NCBI GenBank assembly: GCA_033762915.1
Contig: JANRLD010000025.1
Coordinates: forward strand, 1-64,000
DNA: 64,000 nt
Source of the DNA: Meiothermus sp.
Lineage (GTDB): Bacteria > Deinococcota > Deinococci > Deinococcales > Thermaceae
Reading direction: 5' to 3'
The notes beneath the pieces are model-generated. The model was not told where the DNA came from. It was given only the letters and a program-made list of their open reading frames with translations, and did not search any database. The first letter of the stretch is position 1. Every line of letters starts with the position of its first letter. A program made the position numbers and the translations under genes. Positions 29,643-39,205 of this stretch are shown here, one piece after another.

Positions 29643-30762
29643 AGAAGCGCTCCACTCCGTCCACCACCGCCTGAATGTCCTCTGGGTTCACGTCGGGGTG
29701 GTTGGGCAGGCTCAGCACCTCGCGGGTCAACCGCTCGGACACTGGGAAGTCGCCCTCCCGGTGCCCACACAGGGCTTGGTAGGGCGGCAAGAGGTGCAGG
29801 TCTTGGGGGTAGAGCACGGTGGACTCGACGCCAGCGTCGGCCAGGAACTTCTGCAGCGCATCGCGGCGACCTTCGGGCACCCGCAGGGTGTAGTGCAGGA
29901 AGGCGTGGGTGCAGCCGGGCAGGGTCTGCGGGGTGACCACCGGCAGCCCCCTCTCGGCGAAAAGGCGGTTGTACAGTGCGGCGTTCTCGCGGCGGCGTTG
30001 GTTCCACTCTTCTATTCGGCGCAACTGCACCCGCCCCACGGCGGCATGGAGCTCGGAGAGGCGCAGGTTGTAGCCGACGCGGTGAATCTCGTAGAAGCGC
30101 TGGCCTTTGGCCCGTGGCCGGCCGTGGTCGCGCAGCAGCCGCACCTCTTGGGCCAGGTCGTCGTTGTTGGTGGTCACCATCCCGCCCAGCCCGCAAACCG
30201 AGATGGTCTTGCCCGCAAAGCTCACAAAGCCTGCAGCGCCGATGCCCCCGACGTATTGCCCCTGATGCTGCGCACCCAGCGCGTGGCAGAAGTCCTCGAG
30301 CAGGTACACCCCGTGCCGCTCGGCCAGCGCCTTCAACCGGCCCATCTCGGCAGGGTGGCCGTACTTGTGCGCCGGGACGATGGCCCTGGTTTTCTCGCTG
30401 ATGGCCGCAGCGGCCTGATCGGGCTCGAGGTTAAAGGTCTGTTCCTCCACGTCGGCGAAGCGCGGGGTGGCCCCCACCACCGCCACCGCCTCGGCCAGCG
30501 TCACGAAGCCCATCGCAGGCACGATTACCTCGTCGCCCGGCCCGATGCCCAGCGCCCTCAAGATCAGCATCATGGCCGAGGTGCCAGAGTTTACCGCCAC
30601 CGCGTGGCGCACCCCGATGGAGTTGGCCAGCTCGGCCTCGAAGGCCTCGTTCTCCGGCCCCAGGTAGTAGTTGCGGCTCTCGAGGGCGCCCAGCAAGGCC
30701 TCGCGCATGGCCTCGTCGACATGGTTAAAGCCCTTGCGAACCCGGCGCGTGGCGGTACTCAT
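29635..30762 (-). CDS. DegT/DnrJ/EryC1/StrS family aminotransferase
   Basis: FEAELA, AVNSGTSA, GPGDEVIVP, EDFCHALG, SFAGK (PLP Lys), GYNLRLSE and LSLP. True start is MSTATRR at 30762, with an ATGA overlap on the upstream stop. Confidence 0.92.
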   Translation of the reverse strand: MSTATRRVRKGFNHVDEAMREALLGALESRNYYLGPENEAFEAELANSIGVRHAVAVNSGTSAMMLILRALGIGPGDEVIVPAMGFVTLAEAVAVVGATPRFADVEEQTFNLEPDQAAAAISEKTRAIVPAHKYGHPAEMGRLKALAERHGVYLLEDFCHALGAQHQGQYVGGIGAAGFVSFAGKTISVCGLGGMVTTNNDDLAQEVRLLRDHGRPRAKGQRFYEIHRVGYNLRLSELHAAVGRVQLRRIEEWNQRRRENAALYNRLFAERGLPVVTPQTLPGCTHAFLHYTLRVPEGRRDALQKFLADAGVESTVLYPQDLHLLPPYQALCGHREGDFPVSERLTREVLSLPNHPDVNPEDIQAVVDGVERFYG

Positions 30763-31577
30763 GGCTTGTGGGGGTAGAACGCGTTGTCGATCTTCATGTC
30801 CAGCGGCAGGGTCTGGAACTGGGTCGCGAAGCGGGCCAGGTAGTCGCTCACCACCTCCAAGATGCGCTCGCCGTGCGCTTCCGAGGCCTCGGTGGCGGGC
30901 TTGGAAGTGTCCCAGTAGCCCAGCGGCCAGCGCTCTTTCATCAACAGCGGTAGCTCCACCCCGCCGGCTTCGAAGCCGATGTCGTACTTGCCGGTGGAGT
31001 CGAAGCCGTGGCCGATGTCGGTGATGGCGCAGCCGCCCTCGGCCTTGCTCAAGTCGACGTTGCCGGGGCGGCAGGCCATCGCCACCGAAGTCTCGGTGAA
31101 GCCGCCGTGGTCTGGCCCCAGCTTCAGCTCGGGCAGCAGCGCGATGGCCAGCCGGTACCACAGCGGGATGGCTGAGAGGATGCCCAGTTCGCGGCGCAGC
31201 TTGAGCGAGACCTGCTTCATAACGGGAGCGTTGGGGCCGTGGCCGGTGATCCAGATGATGCGGCGGATGCCCCAGCCGTGCAGCGAGCGAGCGATGTCCT
31301 CCAGCACGTAGGTCGAGGTCTGCGGGCTGAAGCTGATCGTGCCGGGGAAGTCCATGGTGGAGTCGCAGTAGCCGTAGGGGATTCCAGGCAGCGCGATGGC
31401 GTTGCACTTGGCGGCAGAGCGGATGGCCACCTGCTCGGCGGCGAAGTGGTCGGTACCGATGATGCCGTGCGGGCCGTGGGCCTCCACCGCGCCCATCGGG
31501 ACGAAAGCGGTGTCGGTCTGGCGGAAAGCCTCTTCAGCTTCCAGAAAGGTCATGTCGGCTAGGTAGTGGGTTCGCAT
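30759..31577 (-). CDS. Creatininase (creatinine amidohydrolase) family protein
   Basis: Metal-binding motifs EAHGPH...TD, GHGPN and HGGFTETS. GAGG RBS before ATG 31577. Confidence 0.92.
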   Translation of the reverse strand: MRTHYLADMTFLEAEEAFRQTDTAFVPMGAVEAHGPHGIIGTDHFAAEQVAIRSAAKCNAIALPGIPYGYCDSTMDFPGTISFSPQTSTYVLEDIARSLHGWGIRRIIWITGHGPNAPVMKQVSLKLRRELGILSAIPLWYRLAIALLPELKLGPDHGGFTETSVAMACRPGNVDLSKAEGGCAITDIGHGFDSTGKYDIGFEAGGVELPLLMKERWPLGYWDTSKPATEASEAHGERILEVVSDYLARFATQFQTLPLDMKIDNAFYPHKP

Positions 31578-31672
31578 ACGCACCTCGCTGGCTCGGCCTG
31601 GCGCGGCCCCGCGCCCTGGCCCCTGGTTGTCTTCTTACGGCGTTGAGTATAAGATGCTAAGTAGACTTAATC

Positions 31673-31689
31673 AACTGGTCCGTCCAATC
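31673..31689. promoter_or_regulatory. Probable FadR-subfamily operator in the divergent promoter
   Basis: AACTGGTCCGTCCAATC resembles the PdhR/LldR-type TGGT-N3-ACCA palindrome and lies between the divergent operons. Confidence 0.55.
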
Positions 31690-31761
31690 TACTATGCCTA
31701 CTCCGCTATCACCCCCGCCGCCCGCAGTGAAGTATGCTCTTGCCCTGGATACGGAGGCCAG

Positions 31762-32463
31762 ATGAAATTCGGACGGGTTCAACAGATCAGGCTGTATGAG
31801 CAGATTGTCGAACGGATGGAGGAACTGGCCGAGGTCGGGCAGCTCACCCCGGGGGAGAAGTTCCCCCCCGAGCGGGAGCTGATGAAGCAACTGGGGGTAA
31901 GCCGCCAGGTGCTGCGCGAGGCCTTCAGCGTGATGGAGTCTCAGGGCTGGGTATCCACCACCCCCGGCGGAGGGCGGGTGTATCTGGGCAAGACCGGCTC
32001 CAACCCGGCGGTGCTGCTCAAGGCGCTGCAGGGCTCGGCGCTGCTCGAGCTGCTCGACGCCAGGGAAGCAGTGGAGTGCAAGATCGCCGAGCTGGCCGCA
32101 CAGAACGCCACCCCCGAGGACATCCGGGGCCTGGTGGAGCGCATCGAAAAACTCGACCAGAGCGGCTACACCTTCGAGTGGAACTACGACTTCCACCTGG
32201 CCATCGCCGAGACCGCACGCAACAACGTGCTGTACAGCCTGCTCCAGCTCTTGCTGCAGATCCGCCGCGAGGTCTACGCCAGGGACTACCTTTCCAAAGC
32301 CCAGCTAAAGCGGCTGTTCCAGGATCATCTTTCCATTGTCGAGGCCATCGAGACCGGCGAGGGGGCGCGGGCCAGGGAGGTCATGCGCAAGCACATCCTC
32401 GATACCCGCCGGGCCTACCAGGAGCGCATCGCCAAGCTGGGCACCGAGGTCGGTCAGGAGTAG
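31762..32463 (+). CDS. GntR/FadR family transcriptional regulator
   Basis: PGEKFPPERELMKQLGVSRQVLREA wHTH, plus an FCD domain (FHLAIA..ARN, DHLSIVEAI). GGAGG RBS before ATG 31762. Confidence 0.95.
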   Translation: MKFGRVQQIRLYEQIVERMEELAEVGQLTPGEKFPPERELMKQLGVSRQVLREAFSVMESQGWVSTTPGGGRVYLGKTGSNPAVLLKALQGSALLELLDAREAVECKIAELAAQNATPEDIRGLVERIEKLDQSGYTFEWNYDFHLAIAETARNNVLYSLLQLLLQIRREVYARDYLSKAQLKRLFQDHLSIVEAIETGEGARAREVMRKHILDTRRAYQERIAKLGTEVGQE

Positions 32464-32467
32464 ACCT

Positions 32468-33424
32468 ATGGCCGTATACCTTCTGCGCCGCCTGATCACC
32501 GCCGTCCCGGTGATGCTGGTGGTGGTGCTGCTGGTATTCCTTTCGCTGCAGTTGGTGCCCGGCGACCCGGTGGACTTCATCATCGGGCCGGACACCCCCT
32601 ACAACATTGACCGCGAGGCCTACGAGGCCCAAATCCGCCAGCAACTGGGGCTGGACAGGCCGCTCTACGAGCAGTTCCTGCGCTACGTCTGGGGGCTGGT
32701 ACAGTTCGACTTCGGCACCTCCATCCGCAGCAAGCTGCCGGTCATCGAGGAGCTGATCCCGCGCTACCAGGCCACCCTCGAGCTGGCCGTCTTCGCCCTG
32801 CTGATCGCCGTGGCGGTGGGTATCCCGGCAGGGGTGATCGCCGCGATCCGCCCGAACTCCTGGCTCGACTCGTTGGTGACCACCCTGGCGCTGATGGGCA
32901 TCTCGCTGCCCTCGTTCTGGTTCGGGCTGCTGCTGATGCTGCTGTTCGCCCTCCAGCTGGGCTGGCTGCCCCCCTCGGGCCGACCCACCTCGGCCTTCAC
33001 CGCCGAGGGCTTCGCCTACGTAATCATGCCCGCCGTCACCCTGGGGCTGGGCTCCGCCGGGTTGATCATGCGCCTGACCCGCTCGCAGCTCCTGGAGGTG
33101 CTGGGCGAGGACTATGTGCGCACCGCCAGGGCCAAGGGCCTGCCGCCCTCGGCGGTGGTGCTCAAGCACGCCCTGCGCAACGCCCTGCTGCCAGTGGTCA
33201 CGGTGGTGGGGCTGCAGTTTGGCGAGTTGCTGGCCGGGGCGGTGATCGTGGAGACGGTCTTCTCCTACCCCGGCGTGGGAAGCTACCTGATCCAGTCGGT
33301 CTCCAACCGCGACTTCCCAGCGGTGCAGTCGGGGGTGCTGTTCGTCTCCCTCACCTTCGTGCTGGTCAACCTGCTGGTGGACGCGCTCTACTCGCTGGTC
33401 GATCCCAGGATTCGCTACGACTGA
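32468..33424 (+). CDS. Peptide/nickel-type ABC permease DppB-like
   Basis: PGDP, LGLDRPLYEQF, EDYVRTARAKGL and HALRNA motifs. Confidence 0.94.
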   Translation: MAVYLLRRLITAVPVMLVVVLLVFLSLQLVPGDPVDFIIGPDTPYNIDREAYEAQIRQQLGLDRPLYEQFLRYVWGLVQFDFGTSIRSKLPVIEELIPRYQATLELAVFALLIAVAVGIPAGVIAAIRPNSWLDSLVTTLALMGISLPSFWFGLLLMLLFALQLGWLPPSGRPTSAFTAEGFAYVIMPAVTLGLGSAGLIMRLTRSQLLEVLGEDYVRTARAKGLPPSAVVLKHALRNALLPVVTVVGLQFGELLAGAVIVETVFSYPGVGSYLIQSVSNRDFPAVQSGVLFVSLTFVLVNLLVDALYSLVDPRIRYD

Positions 33425-33434
33425 GGGGAGGCGC

Positions 33435-34283
33435 ATGAACCGGAGCAGTTTTTGGAAGAGGTTCTGGCGGCGCTGCCGCGCCAACCCCATCACCCTGGCG
33501 TCGCTGGTGGTGCTCGCACTCATCCTGCTGACCGCCGTCGTGGGTCCGCTGCTGGCCCCCTACGACCCCCTCAAGCCCGACTTCCTGGCCCTGTCCCAAG
33601 GCCCAAGCGCAAAACACTGGTTCGGCACCGACCAGCTGGGGCGAGACGTGTTCAGCCGGGTGCTGCACGGGGCTGGTTACTCCATCTCCATCGGGCTGCT
33701 CTCGGTGGCGCTGGGGCTGGTGCTGGGGGCGGTGATGGGGCTGGTGGCGGGCTTCGTGGGGGGGCGCGTGGACGCCTGGCTGATGCGGGTGGTGGACGTG
33801 CTGCTGGCCTTCCCCGGGATTTTGCTGGCCATCCTGATCGTGAGCATCTTCGGCAGCAGCTACGTCAATGTGGTGGTGGCGCTGGCCTTCTTCTCGGTGC
33901 CCACCTTTGCCCGCATCGCCCGTGCCTCCACCCTCTCGATCCGCAACCTCGACTACGTACAGGCCGCCGAAGCCCTGGGGGTCCACCCGCTGCGCATCAT
34001 GTTCCGGCACATCCTGCCCAACGCCACCGCCCCGCTGGTGGTCTACTCGACGCTTCGCTGCGCCTCGGCGATCCTGGGCGGAGCCGCGCTGAGCTTCCTC
34101 GGGCTAGGGGTGGCCCCGCCCACCCCGGAGTGGGGGCTGATGATTGCCCAGGCCCGGGAGGCCCTGCGTTCCGCGCCGCACATCATGCTCTTCCCCGGCC
34201 TGGCTATCTTCCTCACCGTGCTGGCCGTCAACATCCTGGGCGACGCGCTGCGCGACGTGCTCGACCCCAAGCTAAAGACCTGA
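33435..34283 (+). CDS. Peptide/nickel-type ABC permease DppC-like
   Basis: HWFGTDQLGRDVFSR, HILPN, LSFLGLG, PPTPEWG and GDALRDVLDP motifs. Confidence 0.95.
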   Translation: MNRSSFWKRFWRRCRANPITLASLVVLALILLTAVVGPLLAPYDPLKPDFLALSQGPSAKHWFGTDQLGRDVFSRVLHGAGYSISIGLLSVALGLVLGAVMGLVAGFVGGRVDAWLMRVVDVLLAFPGILLAILIVSIFGSSYVNVVVALAFFSVPTFARIARASTLSIRNLDYVQAAEALGVHPLRIMFRHILPNATAPLVVYSTLRCASAILGGAALSFLGLGVAPPTPEWGLMIAQAREALRSAPHIMLFPGLAIFLTVLAVNILGDALRDVLDPKLKT

Positions 34284-34354
34284 GCTTTGTTGTCGAATGT
34301 CGGACATCTAGCGCTGTGTCTGGGGCGCGGTGTTGAGGGACGTGGACGGACTGC

Positions 34355-34437
34355 TAGAGCGGTTCCCACACATACTCCTTACAGCAAAAACCGCTGTAGG
34401 GAATACATTACCTGCCGAGGTAATGGTGGAAAACGCG
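34355..34437. repeat. MITE/REP-like palindromic element, copy 2
   Basis: Begins TAGAGCGGTTCCCACACATACTCC and ends GTAATGGTGGAAAACGCG. The internal TACAGCAAAAACCGC is the reverse complement of 16045-16059. Confidence 0.75.
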
Positions 34438-34688
34438 ATCAGATGGAACGCAGGAGTGTTGGCATTGTTCTGCGTGCGGGCAATCCCTTGGGGTCGCCCG
34501 AAATCCGCGCCGTGATCGCCTTGGTATGGGGGGTACAAGGCTATGCCCGTTCGAGAGAACATCATCAACCGGGTTTTTGTGCGGGTTTTTCGTAATGCTC
34601 GAGTGAACGACTACCCACCATGGTCAGACGTATGGATGTACGTCCCTACAGGGAGCGCACACTGGTTTTTCTCTCTACGCTCTACCCT

Positions 34689-35084
34689 CTACCTCTTCGT
34701 GATCCGCTCGATCACGGCCCGCACCTTGTCGCCCGGCGCGGCGGGGCCTAAGGCCTTGGTGACGGCGCCGATGGCGGCCATTGGCGCTTTAAACTGGGCG
34801 AAGTCTATGTTGGCTTTGACCCAATCCTCTATGGCCGCCTCGTCCATCTCGGTGGGCAGGTAGCCGTTCAGAAACTCGACCTCAAACCCGTTCTTGTTCT
34901 CCTCCGCGGTGACCTTAAGGGCCTTGAGGATTTTCACCGCGTCGGCGTCGGGTAGCGGCCTGCCGTCGCCCTTGCGGTCCATCTCGGCTTTGACTACCCT
35001 GGCGAAGTCGCGGGTAGGCACGTCACCCGCCTTCATGGCCTCGATGATGGTCTTCTTGATGCGGTCGTAGATCTCGGTGCCCAT
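34689..35084 (-). CDS. GatB/YqeY domain protein
   Basis: 'IKKTIIEAMKAGD', 'FLNGYLPTEMDE' and 'ADGK'-like C-terminal helices. Leaderless TACACT-N6-ATG. Confidence 0.8.
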   Translation of the reverse strand: MGTEIYDRIKKTIIEAMKAGDVPTRDFARVVKAEMDRKGDGRPLPDADAVKILKALKVTAEENKNGFEVEFLNGYLPTEMDEAAIEDWVKANIDFAQFKAPMAAIGAVTKALGPAAPGDKVRAVIERITKR

Positions 35085-35499
35085 GAGGACAGTGTATAAG
35101 AGTCGGGGAGTTATGGAGCAGGGCGGCGGGCAACGTGCCGCCAGCAGCCAGTATCCCTAGCCGTTGCCACTCCGAGGTCTGCGGGTTGCGCCGGGCACCG
35201 CGACGCCCTCTTCGCCCCAGAGTCCCCTGCGCTGGAGTGCGCCCGGGTCGTCTGGGCGAGGCCCGGGGACCGCCGACCTGGGCGTGAAGGACTCCTCAGC
35301 GCGTCCTGCGGCCACGCGGTATCCGGAACCTCCGCATGACCAGCCATCGGTGCGGCGAACAGCCGAGCCGGCTGTGGCCGTTGACTTCCACCTGTTAACA
35401 TTCCCCCTCTCCCTGCACCCCGCCCCGGAACCGTTCCACCCCGTCGTGTCCCCTAGGCGGTATACTCTCGAGGCGATTTATGCAGACACGGAGGTTTAA

Positions 35500-36774
35500 A
35501 TGCCGCTAAGGAACGCCTACCGTCCGCCGGGTGAGTCGGGCATGTGGGAGAGCTTTTTGCGCCGGCTCGAGGCCAGCCTCAGGCTGGCCAAGATTCACCC
35601 GGCCACGGTTCAGTACCTGATCCACCCCAAACGCATCGTGGGTCTGTCGATCCCCATCTTGATGGACGACGGGCGGGTGCAGCACTTCCCCGGCTTCCGG
35701 GTGATCCATAACATCGGTCGCGGCCCCGCGCTGGGTGGAGTGCGCTACCACCCCGACGTGACGCTGGGCCAGACCTGCGGGATGGCAGCCTGGATGACGC
35801 TCAAGGCGGCGGTCTACGGGCTCCCCTTCGGGGGCTCGGCGGGCGGGGTGGAGGTTGACCCGGCCAAGCTCTCTCGGCGCGAACTCGAGCGGCTCTCGCG
35901 GCGCTACATCACCGAACTGATCGAGCTGATAGGCCCCGACGAAGACATTCTGGCCCCCGACGTGGGCACCACCGAGCAGGTCATGGCCTGGTTTCAGGAC
36001 ACCTTCACCATGTCCAAGGGCGAGACCTCGCTGAGCGCGGTGACCGGCAAGCCCGACCCTGTGGGCGGCCTGGCCGGGCCGGACGAGGGCGGCGGGCAGG
36101 GCGCGATTTACGTGCTGGCCGACCTGGCCAAGCGCAATGGGTGGAGTCTCGAGGGCGCCTCGGTCGCCATCCAGGGTTTCGGGATGGTGGGCAGCGCCGC
36201 CGCCCGCTACGCCTCGAAAGAGGGGCTGAAGGTGGTGGCGGTGTCGACCAGCCGCAGCGGCGTGTACAACCCCAGCGGCCTGGACATCCCCGCCCTCGAG
36301 GCCCATTACGCCCAACACAAGCACCTCGAGGGATTCGAAGGGGCCAGGCCCATTGGCAACTCCGAACTCCTGACCCTGGACGTGGACTACCTGATCCCGG
36401 CGGCAGTCGAAGCCGTGGTTACTGTGGCCAACGCCGACGCCATTAAGGCCAGGGTGATCGTGGAGGGGGCCAACGGGGCAGTCATGCCCGAGGCCGAGGA
36501 GCGCCTCAAGCTGCGCGGCGTCGAGGTGATCCCCGACGTGCTGGCCAACGGCGGCGGGCTGGTCCTGAGCTACCTCGAGTGGGTGCAAGACCTCTCGATG
36601 CTCTTTTTCGACGAGCACGAGGTGCAAAACCGCCTGCGCGGCTTCATCCACCAGACCCTCGAGGCCGTCATCGAGCGCTCCAAGACCCTGGAGAACGACC
36701 TGCGGGCCGGGGCCTATGTGCTGGCGCTCGAGCGCATCAACGAGGCCAGCCGACTGCGGGGCGTGTACCCCTGA
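35500..36774 (+). CDS. gdhA: Glutamate dehydrogenase regulatory (catalytically degenerate) subunit, Thermus GdhA-type
   Basis: GDH fold with GPALGG in place of GPAKGG and GGSAGG in place of GGGKGG. N-terminus MPLRNAYRPP and C-terminus RLRGVYP are as in Thermus GdhA. Confidence 0.88.
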   Translation: MPLRNAYRPPGESGMWESFLRRLEASLRLAKIHPATVQYLIHPKRIVGLSIPILMDDGRVQHFPGFRVIHNIGRGPALGGVRYHPDVTLGQTCGMAAWMTLKAAVYGLPFGGSAGGVEVDPAKLSRRELERLSRRYITELIELIGPDEDILAPDVGTTEQVMAWFQDTFTMSKGETSLSAVTGKPDPVGGLAGPDEGGGQGAIYVLADLAKRNGWSLEGASVAIQGFGMVGSAAARYASKEGLKVVAVSTSRSGVYNPSGLDIPALEAHYAQHKHLEGFEGARPIGNSELLTLDVDYLIPAAVEAVVTVANADAIKARVIVEGANGAVMPEAEERLKLRGVEVIPDVLANGGGLVLSYLEWVQDLSMLFFDEHEVQNRLRGFIHQTLEAVIERSKTLENDLRAGAYVLALERINEASRLRGVYP

Positions 36775-36942
36775 CGGGACCAGGAACGGGGATCAGCGAA
36801 CCAGCGATCAGCAATGCGCATCTGTTGCCCTCTTCTCCTTCTGATCCGCTGGCCCGTTCCGTTTTCACCGGTCACCCATCCGACTTCCCGTCTTAAGTTC
36901 TGTGTTGCCTGAATCCTGTTCCCCATTTCGCGGAGCGAAACC

Positions 36943-38220
36943 ATGAAATCCGAACCCCTTTCCTACCTCAGCACCGAGAACATCGGCCCCTGGGAGATTT
37001 ACCTGGCCCAAGTGGACCGGGTGACGCCCTACCTGGGCAAGCTGGCCTTCTGGGTCGAAGACCTCAAGCGGCCCAAGCGCATCCTGGTGGTGGATGTGCC
37101 CATCGCCCTGGACGACGGATCGGTGGCCCACTTCGAGGGCTACCGGGTGCACCACAACACCTTTCGCGGCCCGGCCAAGGGCGGCATCCGCTACCACCAG
37201 GACGTGACCATGTCCGAGGTGATGGCGCTGTCGGCCTGGATGACCATCAAGAACGCCGCCGTGGGGCTCCCGTACGGCGGGGGCAAGGGCGGTATCCGGG
37301 TGAACCCGTCCAAGCTCAGCCCCGGCGAAGTAGAGCGCCTCACGCGGCGCTACACCTCCGAGATCGGGCTGATCATCGGCCCAGACAAGGACATCCCCGC
37401 GCCGGATATGGGCACCGGGCCAAGGGAAATGGCCTGGATGATGGACACCTACTCCATGAACGTGGGGCGCACCGCCTCGGGCGTGGTGACCGGAAAGCCG
37501 ATTGCGGTGGGGGGCTCGCTGGGCCGCCAGGACGCCACCGGGCGGGGGGTCTTTGTGACCGCCGTGGCGGCCGCCGAAAAGATCGGGCTGCCGGTAGCCG
37601 GTAGCCGGGTGGTGGTGCAGGGGTTCGGCAATGTGGGCAACGCCTCGGCCCGCATTTTCCACGACGCCGGGGCCAGGGTGGTGGCCGTATCCGACGTGAG
37701 CGGAGCCATCCGCAACGACGGCGGGATAGACCCCTACAAGCTGGTTGATTATGTCCGGCAGATGGGCGGGGTGAAAGGCTACCCCGAGGCCGAGGCCATC
37801 CCAGCTAGTGAGTTGCTCATGGTGCCGTGCGAGTTCCTGGTTCCGGCGGCCCTCGAGAAGCAAATCACCGAGAAAAACGCCTGGAAAATCGAGGCCAGGA
37901 TCATTGCCGAGGGGGCCAACGGCCCTACCACCCCCGCCGCAGACGACATCTTCGCCGAGCGCGGCATCGTGGTGATCCCCGACGTGCTGGCCAACGCGGG
38001 CGGCGTCACGGTGAGCTACTTCGAGTGGGTGCAGGACTTTAATTCCTTCTTCTGGACCGAGCAAGAGATCAACGCCCGCCTCGAGCGGCTGATGCGCCAG
38101 AGCTTCGAGGCCATCTGGCAGGTGGCCCAGGACAAGAAGGTCTCGCTGCGAACCGCCGCCTACATCGTGGCAGCCACCCGGGTGCTGGAGGCGCGGGCCC
38201 TGCGAGGCCTTTACCCCTGA
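36943..38220 (+). CDS. gdhB: Glutamate dehydrogenase catalytic subunit, Thermus GdhB-type
   Basis: [10 protein letters not shown]-terminus. Intact [31 protein letters not shown] and SYFEW. Confidence 0.93.
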   Translation: MKSEPLSYLSTENIGPWEIYLAQVDRVTPYLGKLAFWVEDLKRPKRILVVDVPIALDDGSVAHFEGYRVHHNTFRGPAKGGIRYHQDVTMSEVMALSAWMTIKNAAVGLPYGGGKGGIRVNPSKLSPGEVERLTRRYTSEIGLIIGPDKDIPAPDMGTGPREMAWMMDTYSMNVGRTASGVVTGKPIAVGGSLGRQDATGRGVFVTAVAAAEKIGLPVAGSRVVVQGFGNVGNASARIFHDAGARVVAVSDVSGAIRNDGGIDPYKLVDYVRQMGGVKGYPEAEAIPASELLMVPCEFLVPAALEKQITEKNAWKIEARIIAEGANGPTTPAADDIFAERGIVVIPDVLANAGGVTVSYFEWVQDFNSFFWTEQEINARLERLMRQSFEAIWQVAQDKKVSLRTAAYIVAATRVLEARALRGLYP

Positions 38221-38317
38221 GCCGCGCCCACATTATGATTGGGGTCCGTGGCTTTGGTGCACTAAAGTACGCAGTGCATTTAGACTGGCCTCGTACTGGC
38301 CTGCGGGGCAGAGATTT

Positions 38318-39001
38318 ATGGAACGATTGCTGGTAGTCGAAGACGACCCCCAACTGGCCCGCCTTATGACCTCGGTCCTCGAGCGGGAGGGTTACCGTGT
38401 TCAGTTGGCCACCAACGGGCTGGACGCCGTAGCGATGGGCCCACAGTCCGACCTGATGCTGCTGGACCTTGGCCTCCCGGGGCTTTCGGGCCTCGAGGTC
38501 ATCCGCGACATGCGCTCAGGCGGCTGGAATATGCCCATCCTGGTGGTCAGCGCCCAGGGCTCGGAGGACATGCGGGTGCGGGCCCTGGAACTGGGGGCCG
38601 ACGACTACTTGACCAAGCCGATGGGGATGCGCGAGATGGTGGCCCGGGTGCGGGCCCTAATCCGCCGTACCCGCCCGGCCCCCGAGATTCAGGTGGGCGA
38701 CCTCAAGATTCTGCTCAACCGCCGCCAGGTGTACAAGGGCCAGCAACTGCTGGACTTCTCGGCCACCGAGCTCGACCTGCTGATCACCCTTGCGGCAAAC
38801 CCCGGCGAGGTCTGGAGCCGCGAACGGCTCTTGAGCCGGGTCTGGGGCTCGGAGCGGGGAAGCGCGGTGGACGAGCGGGTGGTGGACAGCTACGTGGCCC
38901 TGTTGCGGCGCAAGCTGGGCGACGACCCCAAGGCCCCCCGTTACGTGGAGACAGTCTTTGGGCAGGGCTACCGAATGGTCATCAGCCTGGGCGAGCTGTG
39001 A
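38318..39001 (+). CDS. OmpR/PhoB family response regulator (no adjacent kinase)
   Basis: VVEDD, LLDLGLPG, GADDYLTKP, and wHTH 'LRRKLGDD...ETVFGQGY'. Confidence 0.95.
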   Translation: MERLLVVEDDPQLARLMTSVLEREGYRVQLATNGLDAVAMGPQSDLMLLDLGLPGLSGLEVIRDMRSGGWNMPILVVSAQGSEDMRVRALELGADDYLTKPMGMREMVARVRALIRRTRPAPEIQVGDLKILLNRRQVYKGQQLLDFSATELDLLITLAANPGEVWSRERLLSRVWGSERGSAVDERVVDSYVALLRRKLGDDPKAPRYVETVFGQGYRMVISLGEL

Positions 39002-39059
39002 GGCGGGTCTGGCTCCACTCTTGGCTCGTCACCCCATACAACCTCGAGACAACTATTGA

Positions 39060-39076
39060 AGAGTTATGATAACTCT
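39060..39076. promoter_or_regulatory. Perfect AT-rich palindrome, probable transcription-factor site upstream of the DUF11 operon
   Basis: AGAGTTAT-G-ATAACTCT. Confidence 0.55.
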
Positions 39077-39158
39077 ACGTCGTGCGTTACGTGTCCTTTT
39101 TACGTCCAGCGCAACTTTCTTTGCAGGTTATTACTGTAAGTGGTGCGTATAGCCGTAT

Positions 39159-39205
39159 TTGACAAGGTAATTTAGACGACCCGTTACGTGGTCGGTTGCT
39201 ACACT
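39159..39205 (+). promoter_or_regulatory. Candidate promoter elements of the DUF11 operon
   Basis: TTGACA at 39159-39164 and an extended -10 TGcTACACT at 39197-39205. The two are too far apart to form a single promoter. Confidence 0.35.

Noticed and set aside
30763..31407. Apparent 590-aa DegT fusion protein
   Set aside because: The extension is an alternate frame of the creatininase gene; the real start is the ATGA-coupled ATG at 30762.
34287..34688. Small ORFs (86-106 aa) between dppC and yqeY
   Set aside because: They overlap the palindromic repeat, have atypical codon usage and show no motifs; a decayed gene remnant cannot be excluded.
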